Origin: Fimbriimonadales bacterium
GTDB lineage: Bacteria > Armatimonadota > Fimbriimonadia > Fimbriimonadales > ATM1
DNA: 52,834 nt
Direction: 5' to 3'
Assembly (NCBI GenBank): GCA_051003155.1
Contig: JBPCLO010000016.1
Location: 1 to 52,834, forward strand
The notes beneath the pieces are model-generated. The model was not told the DNA's origin, did not search any database, and was given only the letters and a program-made list of their open reading frames with translations. Positions 9,301 to 17,909 of this stretch are shown here, piece after piece; the stretch's first letter is position 1; each line of letters begins with the position of its first letter. The translations under genes were made by a program, and so were the position numbers.

Positions 9301-9822
9301 TTATTCGCGTCCGTCCGGCAGCGGCAAGTTCTTGAGAAATCGTTCTTTGAATTCGCAAAGGATTTGTTCCTCCCACTCGCGACGCATCTCTTCGTCCGTC
9401 GGTGGCTCAATTGGGCGGGCAAGCTGCTTGCGATACAACCAGGTCAAGAACACCGCACCTGCCCCCCATTTAACGGCTAAGAAGTACGTAAGGCTTTTAC
9501 CTCCGGCAAGCGCCAAAAGGAGGAATCCAGCGCCGGCGCCCCAAGCCATTGCGGATGCACTCATGAAAAGAGAAGTAAATAGACCCCAGCCTCCGAAGAA
9601 GCGCAATGCGAAGTTGCCCTCCTTGGCCTTCGGCAGGACCAGGGCAACGATAACCATAATGCCCGCGCACGCGTAAATAGCCCAGCGCCCGCCGCCCCGT
9701 ATGCCCGTCAGTAGCCGAACCTGAGGCGCGAGGCAGGCAAGAGCAAACGTGACCATCCATGCAGTGCGCAATGTCACCCGCGCGCGTACCGGCAGCATGT
9801 GAAGAATTATGATCGCTTTCAT
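9301..9822 (-). CDS. Hypothetical membrane protein (~4-5 TM)
   Basis: 173-aa ORF with multiple hydrophobic segments and a charged C-tail. Confidence 0.55.
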   Translation of the reverse strand: MKAIIILHMLPVRARVTLRTAWMVTFALACLAPQVRLLTGIRGGGRWAIYACAGIMVIVALVLPKAKEGNFALRFFGGWGLFTSLFMSASAMAWGAGAGFLLLALAGGKSLTYFLAVKWGAGAVFLTWLYRKQLARPIEPPTDEEMRREWEEQILCEFKERFLKNLPLPDGRE

Positions 9823-9829
9823 CCGCGGC

Positions 9830-9913
9830 GGGGATGTTTACAGCTTCGCTGGGGGCCCCTACAGCTCCACCGGGGATGTCTACAGCTCCACCGGGGATGT
9901 CTCCCGTCGGACC
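9830..9913. repeat. Four degenerate 21-bp tandem units
   Basis: ggggatgtttacagcttcgct / gggggcccctacagctccacc / ggggatgtctacagctccacc / ggggatgtctcccgtcggacc. Confidence 0.75.
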
Positions 9914-10101
9914 GAGGTCTGGCGTATAATCGGGGGTGCCAGACGAAGGACCGGTGAGCCTGGCTGAAGGAGAGAACCCGGACACCTGCCCGATGATGGA
10001 GGATCGGACCGAGTCGCCTCCCTGAGAATTGGACGCAAAGTGAGCTGAGATTTAGCAGCATCATGGTCCAATCTTAGGATGACCCGCGAGCATTGAGTCC
10101 G

Positions 10102-10689
10102 TTATCTCGGCGCCAACTTTGCGAGGTCGGCAGGAAGAGCGACCAGCTTCTTTGCGTCGCTCAATCCCGCGCCGATAACCAGGGGCCTGAACCTCATCAC
10201 GCCCAACTTCATCGCGGCTGCGTATTCGCCTATCGTCGAATCGATCATGATGAATGCCGCCTTGATGTACTCCCCTTCCTCTGGTGTTGGCTGGTCATTG
10301 TCATCGACGATGCCCGGAACGAAGAAGTCGATCTCCACCGGAAGTTCATCATTGAGCAATCTGTACAGAATCGCGTCGCCCCGAAGCTCGACGTCACCCA
10401 TTCTGATCCTCGCTGAGCTATCCGGCTGCCTGAACGCGATCACCTTCCATGATCTAAGGGGCGGAGCGGAAGCCACGAGTTGCTCGACCGCCGGGAACAC
10501 ATCGCGGAGTCCGTCCGCGCTGCCTGGTGTGCTCATTTCCCAAACTAGGTCCTTATGCACCTTCCCGAGGCGAGGTGAAACTTCCGCTGCAAACTGAGCG
10601 GGATCGTCAAGTCCGGCAAGACGATCCTCGTTTTTCCAGAACCAATCCCAGAACTCCTTGTTGCGATCCTTCTTGAGAAACTCGAACAG
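10102..10689 (-). CDS. Conserved hypothetical protein (FWxWF...SADG..FP.VE.LV..AP type), probable CTG start
   Basis: The frame is open upstream of GTG 10560 as far as CTG 10689, reading (M)FEFLKKDRNKEFWDWFWKNEDRL; GGAGG lies 5 nt before the CTG. Confidence 0.7.
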   Translation of the reverse strand: MFEFLKKDRNKEFWDWFWKNEDRLAGLDDPAQFAAEVSPRLGKVHKDLVWEMSTPGSADGLRDVFPAVEQLVASAPPLRSWKVIAFRQPDSSARIRMGDVELRGDAILYRLLNDELPVEIDFFVPGIVDDNDQPTPEEGEYIKAAFIMIDSTIGEYAAAMKLGVMRFRPLVIGAGLSDAKKLVALPADLAKLAPR

Positions 10690-12183
10690 CTACGCCTCCG
10701 CGGCGACGGGAGCTTTTGGCGGCTGCCAAGACACGTCGAGCGTCTTCGCCGCATACGCTTCGTCAAGGCGTCCCACGGGTTGCGTCGACGGCGCGTCGTG
10801 GAGGAGCTGCGGGTTCTCGCGGGCTTCCTTGGCGATGGCCAGCATTGCGGCGCAAAAGGCGTCCAGCGTTTCCATAGTCTCCGTCTCCGTCGGCTCGATC
10901 ATGAGCGCCTCTGGCACGATCAGCGGGAAGTAGTTCGTGGGAGGGTGGAAGCCATAGTCGATGAGGCGCTTGCTGATGTCCAGTGCGCGCACGCCGGTGG
11001 CCCTCTTGAGGGGCGCTACGGTAAGAACGGCCTCGTGCATCGAGACGCGGCCCTCGTAGGGCATCGGATACTCGCGCTCGATCTTGGCCCGGACGTAGTT
11101 GGCGTTCAGAACGGCGTGGCGGGCGATCTCGGGCAGCCCTTCCCTTCCAAAGGCCCTCACATATGCCCAAGCGCGGACGTCCATCAGAAAGTTGCCGTAG
11201 AACGTGTGCACGCGCCCGACCGAATGCGGCCTCCGGTAGTCGAGGCTATATGCGCCACCCGCATTCTCGACAATGGGTACCGGAAGGAACGGCTCGAGGT
11301 GTTTCTTTACCGCAATGCATCCGCAGCCGGGGCCCCCGCCTCCATGGGGCGTGGAAAACGTCTTGTGCAGGTTCAGATGCATGCAATCGAAGCCTTGATC
11401 GCCGGGCCTAGTGATCCCGACCATCGCGTTCATGTTGGCTCCATCGCAGAAGACCTGGGCGCCCGCTTTATGGATCAGCGCGTCGATCTCCAGGATGCTC
11501 TCCTCGAACAGGCCGAGGGTGTTCGGGTTGGTCAGCATCATCGCGGCGACGCTTTCGTTGAGGTTCGCTCTCAGATCGTCGATGTCGCAACCGCCGCGCC
11601 CGTTGGTCTTGACCGCACGGACGCCATAGCCAGCCCGCGCCGCACTCGCGGGGTTGGTGCCGTGCGCGCTGTCGGGGACGAGCACGATGCTTCGGCGGCC
11701 TTCGCCGCGGCTCTCGTGGTACGCCTTGATGAGCAATAGGCAGAGGAGTTCCCCGCTGGCGCCCGCGGGCGGCTGCATGGTGGCTATGTCGAACCCGGTG
11801 ATTTCGGCCATCCAGGTCTGGAGGTCGTAGATCACCCTGAGGCATCCCTGCGCGGTTTCGGCAGGCTGAAGAGGGTGCATCTTCGCAAACGCCGGATTCG
11901 CAGCAACCGCCTCATTGATGCGCGGGTTGTACTTCATCGTGCACGACCCCAGTGGATAGAATCCGGTGTCGATGCCGTAGTTGCGGTGGCTGAGGTTCGT
12001 GAAGTGGCGTACAACTTCCATTTCGCCCACTTCCGGCAATTCGGCGGGGGCCTTGCGTTGATTGCCCCCGAGGAGCTCGCTTAGGGGCCGCTCGAGAACA
12101 TCGGACTTAGGCGGGCTGCAGCCGATTCGGCCGGAGCGTGATTTCTCGAAGATCAGGGGAAAATCGTGGGCCGATGTGGACAT
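10690..12183 (-). CDS. gcvPB: Glycine dehydrogenase (decarboxylating) subunit 2
   Basis: YPLGSCTMKYNP, SAHGTNPASA, HLNLHKTFSTPHGGGGPG, DYGFHPPT, MIEPTETE. Confidence 0.97.
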   Translation of the reverse strand: MSTSAHDFPLIFEKSRSGRIGCSPPKSDVLERPLSELLGGNQRKAPAELPEVGEMEVVRHFTNLSHRNYGIDTGFYPLGSCTMKYNPRINEAVAANPAFAKMHPLQPAETAQGCLRVIYDLQTWMAEITGFDIATMQPPAGASGELLCLLLIKAYHESRGEGRRSIVLVPDSAHGTNPASAARAGYGVRAVKTNGRGGCDIDDLRANLNESVAAMMLTNPNTLGLFEESILEIDALIHKAGAQVFCDGANMNAMVGITRPGDQGFDCMHLNLHKTFSTPHGGGGPGCGCIAVKKHLEPFLPVPIVENAGGAYSLDYRRPHSVGRVHTFYGNFLMDVRAWAYVRAFGREGLPEIARHAVLNANYVRAKIEREYPMPYEGRVSMHEAVLTVAPLKRATGVRALDISKRLIDYGFHPPTNYFPLIVPEALMIEPTETETMETLDAFCAAMLAIAKEARENPQLLHDAPSTQPVGRLDEAYAAKTLDVSWQPPKAPVAAEA

Positions 12184-12236
12184 AGCGGGATGCCCATATT
12201 ATAGCTTCCAAGTGGGCCTGTAAGCCACAATGAAGC

Positions 12237-12725
12237 GTGAAGTCGAAGCATTTCGATTCGCCGCTCGGGAGCCTGTATGCCGAGTCGAGCGATGTCGGGA
12301 TCACCAAGCTCCTTTTCATCGACGGCAGGCAGGCGGATCGGCAAACGGCGGGGCCGGGCGAATCGCCTCACCTCGACGCCTGCGCAAAATGGCTCGCCGC
12401 ATATTGGGAAGGCGATTTCGCCGGTTTGCCTGCGGTCGCGATCGATCCCAAGGGTACCGGTTTCGAACAAGCGGTGTGGACCGAGCTCTTGGCAATTGCT
12501 CCTGGAACGACGAGGTCGTACTCGCGTGTCGCCGAGATCGTGGGGTGTCCGGCCGCCAGGGCCGTGGGCACGGCCGTGGGCAAGAACCCGCTGGCTCTCG
12601 TCGTGCCTTGCCACCGTGTCATAGGCGCGAACGGTTCGCTCACCGGGTACGCTGCCGGCCTGCATCGCAAGGAGTGGCTTCTCAAGCATGAGGGCGCCTT
12701 GTCCGGTCAGTTGCCGCTGTTTTGA
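12237..12725 (+). CDS. ogt: Methylated-DNA--protein-cysteine S-methyltransferase
   Basis: GTGFEQAVW, RAVGTAVGKNP, PCHRV active-site motif. Confidence 0.95.
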   Translation: MKSKHFDSPLGSLYAESSDVGITKLLFIDGRQADRQTAGPGESPHLDACAKWLAAYWEGDFAGLPAVAIDPKGTGFEQAVWTELLAIAPGTTRSYSRVAEIVGCPAARAVGTAVGKNPLALVVPCHRVIGANGSLTGYAAGLHRKEWLLKHEGALSGQLPLF

Positions 12726-12767
12726 GAAGCCGTTCCGTTTCGATTAGGACCATAAGCGACTTCCGCC

Positions 12768-13016
12768 ATGAGCGAGAGAAGAGCAAGGACGATCTGCGGG
12801 ACTGACTTGACTGTGCCGGGGGCCGACGCCGTCCGAGATTTGTACGCCGGAGTAGTGCGGTGGCGATCCGAGCCTGAGGATATGGGCGGGTATGCCGATC
12901 ACAAACATGGGTAGCGGCGAACGCGTCTCGGGAATCTGCCACGCTCGTGGCGAGAACGCCGGCGCCTCGCCGCAATGGCTGATCTACATTGCGGTGGATG
13001 ACCTGCGGGCAAGTTG
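12768..13016 (+). pseudogene. VOC/glyoxalase-family pseudogene (frameshifted and truncated)
   Basis: Frame 1 gives MSE..DLTVPGADAVRDLYAGVVRW..EDMGGYAD; after a shift near 12904 it continues NM..GERVSGICHARGENAG.SPQWLIYIAVDDLRAS, then similarity stops. Confidence 0.75.
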
Positions 13017-13307
13017 CTTTCCGGACAAGACGCCTCCCATCGGCGTACTCCTGCCGTCGGCGCTGCGATAAACGTCGCTCGGTAGCAATGCTCTGCCTCT
13101 AAGCCATCGTAATCGAATGTTACGTACCATACGCCGATTCAGTGTCTTGCCAGGCTCGCCGGTATCGATCGAAGCGTCGATTCGCATATATCGGTTGTCC
13201 ATTTCCCACGCGGCCTTCGCGTTGCCTTGTATGGTCGTCCGAAGCACATGCGGTGCCGAGAGCAACTGCGGCAACGGTTCCGATGGCCAGCGCTGTTCAT
13301 GCACGCA

Positions 13308-13817
13308 TTATTCAAGGATCCGCTTGCTCAAAATCACGCTCCGATAGTTGGTCTCGTTCCAGTCGGCGTTCCCTACCAGCCGATAGCCGCGGCGCTCGTA
13401 GAGGCCGATAAGGCGGGTTGCACCTTCGGCGGTATCAAGCGCCAACTCGGTGGCGCCCGTTTCCAGAGCCCTCCCCTCGGCGAGTTCGATCAAGCGCGAG
13501 CCGATTCCGGATCGTTGAAGCGAAGGTTCGACCGCGAACTGGCCAAAACTCGCTACCTCGGGCCGGTCATACCACGAGCAACCACTGGTGTGCGCAGCAT
13601 CATAGAATGTCATCGTGGCGACAATCGGGCCCTCTATATGACCCACGAAGCACTCGCCACCCTGCGTCCGTTCGCGCGTGGTTTCCGTGTCCTGGTGAGT
13701 TGCCAAGAACCGAAAGCCCATATCCGCGAGCTGTTTATAGGCCCGGTGCAGCAAGTCGGTCAACTCCTGCAGGTCGTCCGTTGGCTCAAGTCGCCTTATA
13801 TCGACTTCGCTTCGCAC
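13308..13817 (-). CDS. GNAT-family N-acetyltransferase
   Basis: FAVEPSLQRSGIGSRLI (acetyl-CoA motif A), LALDTAE, LYERRGY. Confidence 0.9.
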   Translation of the reverse strand: MRSEVDIRRLEPTDDLQELTDLLHRAYKQLADMGFRFLATHQDTETTRERTQGGECFVGHIEGPIVATMTFYDAAHTSGCSWYDRPEVASFGQFAVEPSLQRSGIGSRLIELAEGRALETGATELALDTAEGATRLIGLYERRGYRLVGNADWNETNYRSVILSKRILE

Positions 13818-13848
13818 AAGGAGATTATTCCACCAAGAAACACTAAGC

Positions 13849-13875
13849 GGCCCGCCCTAAACGCCAGAGCGGGCC
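13849..13875 (-). terminator. Hairpin downstream of the secreted protein gene
   Basis: GGCCCGCTCT-loop-AGGGCGGGCC on the minus strand, weak U-tract. Confidence 0.45.
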
Positions 13876-13902
13876 CGAACGTAGCCGAGCGGGGGTGACC
13901 TT

Positions 13903-14679
13903 CTACCGGCGAACGAACTGGTAGTAGCGCTCGCCGTTCTTTCTCACGATCCGACGGTCATATCGCCGTCCGTCACGGTAAATGTAATCGCGATCGAAGT
14001 AGGACGACCGTAACCGATCTATCTTGCTCTGGCTCTTTCGATCTTGCTCATAGCGCCCAAGGGCGTAGAGCGAACCCGCGGAGCCGGCGAAGATGATCCG
14101 CGTGTCCTTCTTCAGAGCGCCGAGCAGGGCCACTGCGCCGCCAGCGTAGGCGATATTGCGCCATTCGTTTTTAGTCTGCTGGCGTCGGCGGGAAAGCTGT
14201 GAAAGCGAATCGAACCGGTTGTTGTTGTAATAGTAATACCGGCCATCGTATTGGTACCTTGTGCCGTCGCTCAGCCTGCGCCATTCGCGATTTTTCTTGT
14301 TCCAGTCGCGGTTATCGTGTCGGCCGTTCTTCTTGGGAGGCGCGGGATTCCAATGCTGCTTCGAATAGCTGCGAGCGTCGACCGGGACGCGGTTTTTGGC
14401 GCCGCTTTTAGCCGATCGTCGTCGGATGTCGTTCGTGACAACGCGTCTGCTCTTGTTTTGGGACGAACCGCGCCATCTCTTGGACGAATTCGTGGCTGTA
14501 GCCTTGCCCCGCGACTGCTTGACGTTACCTTTTACGCTGGACTTGCTTCGTGACTGTTTTGAAGAGCTTTTGCCCTGGCCCTTGCCTTTGTCCCTGTCAT
14601 ACGCCAGAGCGGGGCCGAGCGTGATGATTGTCAACACTGCTGCGATCAAATAACTGATTAGGGTCTGTCTGATTTTCAT
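13903..14679 (-). CDS. Secreted, highly basic hypothetical protein
   Basis: Signal peptide (..GPALA), K/S/R-rich disordered region, Tyr/Arg-rich C-terminus; AAGGAG SD. Confidence 0.75.
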   Translation of the reverse strand: MKIRQTLISYLIAAVLTIITLGPALAYDRDKGKGQGKSSSKQSRSKSSVKGNVKQSRGKATATNSSKRWRGSSQNKSRRVVTNDIRRRSAKSGAKNRVPVDARSYSKQHWNPAPPKKNGRHDNRDWNKKNREWRRLSDGTRYQYDGRYYYYNNNRFDSLSQLSRRRQQTKNEWRNIAYAGGAVALLGALKKDTRIIFAGSAGSLYALGRYEQDRKSQSKIDRLRSSYFDRDYIYRDGRRYDRRIVRKNGERYYQFVRR

Positions 14680-14731
14680 GATAAACTCCTTTCATGGCTG
14701 CTCCAAACCCGACTGGTGAGCCACCACAGGT

Positions 14732-14759
14732 AAGACGCCTAAGGTCGATGGAGAGTTTC
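14732..14759 (-). promoter_or_regulatory. Candidate ECF promoter GAAACT-N16-CGTCTT
   Basis: Same spacing and core as the sites at 7263 and 31952. Confidence 0.45.
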
Positions 14760-14781
14760 CTTGTCGATGAATCTACCGACA

Positions 14782-15840
14782 TCAGTGCGCTAATGATTTG
14801 TGTAGGATTCTATGAAATTGGTGTAGTCCAGTTTCTCGTTTAACCGAGTATCTACCGTGCTTATAGAGTCTGGAACGCACGCCTCGTTGGACCGTTTCCA
14901 CTATAGCTTCGTCCTCCCGCTCGACGCGGTCCAGTTCAGCGCCAGCCCCGGTTCCCAGCCTCGTGGGGTCGCTAACGTAGCAAACGAACGATATCCTCGT
15001 TCGGTCTACGCCCAGCGGCTTGACAACGTTAATGGAAAGGCCCCAGGGGTAGAAATTAAGCATCAGGTTAGGAAAAAGCCAGAAGTAGAGCGCTGCAACG
15101 CCCTTTTCGCCACCGAGACCGGGAATCGCGTCGTCGCCGTAGGCGATCTGAACGTTGCCGCCTTCGAATAGAGCTTGAGAGTAGGATCCGTAATCCAGAA
15201 CCTCATTGAGCGACGGATGCACAAACGGCACGTGGAACCCTTCGAGATAGTTTTCGACGTAGAGGGCCCAGTTCGCATTCACGAGGTAGTCCCGGGATCG
15301 CGAGGAATCTAACTGCAGACTGCCCAGTTCTATGCCTAGAACGCGGTCGCTAACAGGCGCTAGCCACTCGACGAGCTCAACATGCGGCTCGAGTGAGGCA
15401 AACAGGAATGGACCCCACTTCGCAAAAGGCACGCGCGGCAGGTTATCCGCCTCCGATGGAAACCCTTCTACTTCTTCGAACTCGGGCATGTGCTGAAACT
15501 TGCCGTCGAGCCCGAACCGGCGTCCGTGATACCGACATCGCAGGGCGCGCTCGGTGCCTGCGTGTTCGCACAAGATATTCCCGCGGTGAGTACAGACGTT
15601 GCTCAGGCAGTGCACGACATCGTCCTTGTCGCGCGTAAGCATCAATGGTTCGTCAAGGCAGCCCTCCAACAGCGTAAACGGGAACACCTGGCCAGGTATC
15701 TTCACGACATTATCGTCGGCGATCCATTGCCACGATTTGGCGAAGGCGGCGTCCTTCGCGCGCTCGTAAATGCAGGAATCGGTGTAGAACTCCGTCGGCA
15801 GGGTCCGAGCATTCGCAATCTCCGGGCGTACGCTATCCAC
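14782..15840 (-). CDS. Rieske non-heme iron oxygenase alpha subunit (choline monooxygenase-like)
   Basis: CTHRG...CRYHG Rieske ligands; ENYLEGFHVPFVH and ED mononuclear-Fe motifs. Confidence 0.9.
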   Translation of the reverse strand: MDSVRPEIANARTLPTEFYTDSCIYERAKDAAFAKSWQWIADDNVVKIPGQVFPFTLLEGCLDEPLMLTRDKDDVVHCLSNVCTHRGNILCEHAGTERALRCRYHGRRFGLDGKFQHMPEFEEVEGFPSEADNLPRVPFAKWGPFLFASLEPHVELVEWLAPVSDRVLGIELGSLQLDSSRSRDYLVNANWALYVENYLEGFHVPFVHPSLNEVLDYGSYSQALFEGGNVQIAYGDDAIPGLGGEKGVAALYFWLFPNLMLNFYPWGLSINVVKPLGVDRTRISFVCYVSDPTRLGTGAGAELDRVEREDEAIVETVQRGVRSRLYKHGRYSVKRETGLHQFHRILHKSLAH

Positions 15841-15864
15841 GCCTAATTATGGCGCGGCGCCCTA

Positions 15865-17761
15865 TCAGGGAAGTCGTTGAGTCCGTGTCCCGAGCGGCAT
15901 GCGCCAAACGGCCCCGCTGTAGCCACTCACATAGAGATACGATGGGGTTTTGATCATCTGGTACGGAGTGGTGTACTGCCCCGGGAGATTCCAGGTGCGC
16001 CAAGTCGCACCGCCGTCGACCGATCGCTTCACGACGGCCTGACCGCCCCCTTCGCGCGCGCCGCAGACCCAGACCTCGTTTGAACCGATCGCGAGGACTC
16101 CAAGGTAGGTCATTCCCTCTTGCATTTGACCAAGCTGGGTCCAGGATGCGCCGCCGTTCACGGACTTGGCGATGTAACCATCCCAACCGCAAACGTAGCC
16201 AAAGCTGGCATTGCCCCAAGCCATCTGCGAGGGGGAGGGTGACGAACCGGCATTCGTCGCGAGGTTCGACATTGCCCAGGTTTCGCCGCCATTCTGCGTT
16301 CGCCATAATGGTCGCCCGGGGGTCAAGAGCCAACCTTTCTGGCCCAGGAACTCGATGTCGAGTCCCGGAACGTTGATCTGAGGCGCGGGTTCCCACGACA
16401 AACCGCCGTCGCGTGTTCGCCATGTATTCATATAGACACCCTGCGTGTAATCCCAGCCAACCATCCATCCATTGTTCGCGTCGACAAATTCCAAACCGTT
16501 TCCGTAGTAGTCGATGCTCTGCGTACACGATAGGTTGATCCAGTTTTCGCCGCGGTCTGTCGATTTAAAAAGCCCGCCCCAGTGTCCCACGGCTATCGAC
16601 GTGTTAGAGTCGATTACTTGGATGTCCGAGAAAGACGTATCTCGACCAAATGTCGGAGGGTCGAGGAGTTGCGGCGTCCAATGGCTTCCGCGGTCCGTTG
16701 TCATCTGGACGTAACCGTGATGCCCGGCGAGAACGATTCGCGAGTCAGAAAAGGCAGCCATGCCATTCCAATCCTGGCTGATGCCGCGATTTACGCGCGT
16801 CCAGTTGATTCCACCGTCCGACGATGCTAAAATCGCTCCTGCCTGCCCGACGACGTGCCCGTTCAAATTGTCCCGGAAGCTCACCGACCACGTGGCCGGA
16901 AGGTCGCCCTCGCCAATCCATCGGTGGTTCCAAGTGTAGCCTCCGTCGCTTGACCGCCAAATGTCTCCGGCGTGCGATACGCCCACCAATGTATTGGAAT
17001 CGAGGACCTCGATGTCTCCGAGTCCGGTCCCGATGTATGCGCCCGTCTGGAACCAGGTTTCGCCGCCCATCGTGCGTGCGGACGACGTCAACGCCGCTAT
17101 CCGCAACGGCGATCAGGTTGGACAGGTACACAACGTCGTTCGCCACGCGCGTGTGCTTGAGTCTCCACGTCTGTCCTCCGTTTGTCGTCTTGAAGATTCC
17201 CTCGTAACTCGAGCCTGCGATAAGGCCGCCCACGAGACCCGTACTCTCGTCGATGAAATCCATGCCGAAAATGACCGGGCAATCGGGATAGCCGGAGCGT
17301 AAGAGCCAGGTTTCGCCGCCATCTTGCGTTCGCACGAGCGCTCCGTTGGCGCCCATGAAGCCGGTCAAGGCGTCGATATAGTCCTGGTGGTACCACGAGC
17401 CGCCCAGGGGGAAGGATTGGACTTGATCCCATGTGGCCCCGCCGTCGATCGTCCGAAAGATATCTTTGGAGCCGACGGCGGAGTTTCCTGAAACGAACCC
17501 GAGCGTGGGAGTCGCGAACGTAACGTTGTAAAAGGGTCCGTCTTCGTAGCCGGGCAACATGATCTTCGTCCAAGTGTCGCCGCCGTTGGTCGTCTTGAAG
17601 AGGGTGTGCCCGTCCCCGGCGATAAAACCGTTGGTCGCCGAAGGGAAATTCACGCTCCACAAGTTGGATTGGGTGGGCAGCGGGGCGATCTGTGTGAAGG
17701 TTTGCGCGACAAGAACGGCCGGAATCAACGACGCTAGGGCAGCAAGGGTTCGAATATGCAT
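15865..17761 (-). pseudogene. Secreted YCF48/BNR-repeat beta-propeller protein, split by a single-base frameshift near 17067
   Basis: Signal peptide MHIRTLAALASLIPAVLVAQ; many (T/S)xDGGxTW repeats across two frames; gat ggg cgg cga becomes gat ggc ggc gaa (DGGE) when one G is removed. Confidence 0.85.
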
Positions 17762-17909
17762 AGGTGCTCTCTTCAACACTCTAAGTGTATCTGTAGGCGG
17801 ACTCTGATACAGAAGAGCGTCAAATCTCACTTCATCTAGTACGCTATATTTATGTTCACTGTTTTCCTCGGGCAAAGGAATGAGCACGGGAATGCAGAAT
17901 GTGCCTTTT

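Noticed and set aside
9830..9913. Tandem repeats as a mini-CRISPR
   Set aside because: Units are contiguous 21-mers with no spacers, and there are no cas genes
12984..13304. 106-aa minus-strand ORF as a real gene
   Set aside because: No recognisable features; the region is better explained by pseudogene remnants in other frames
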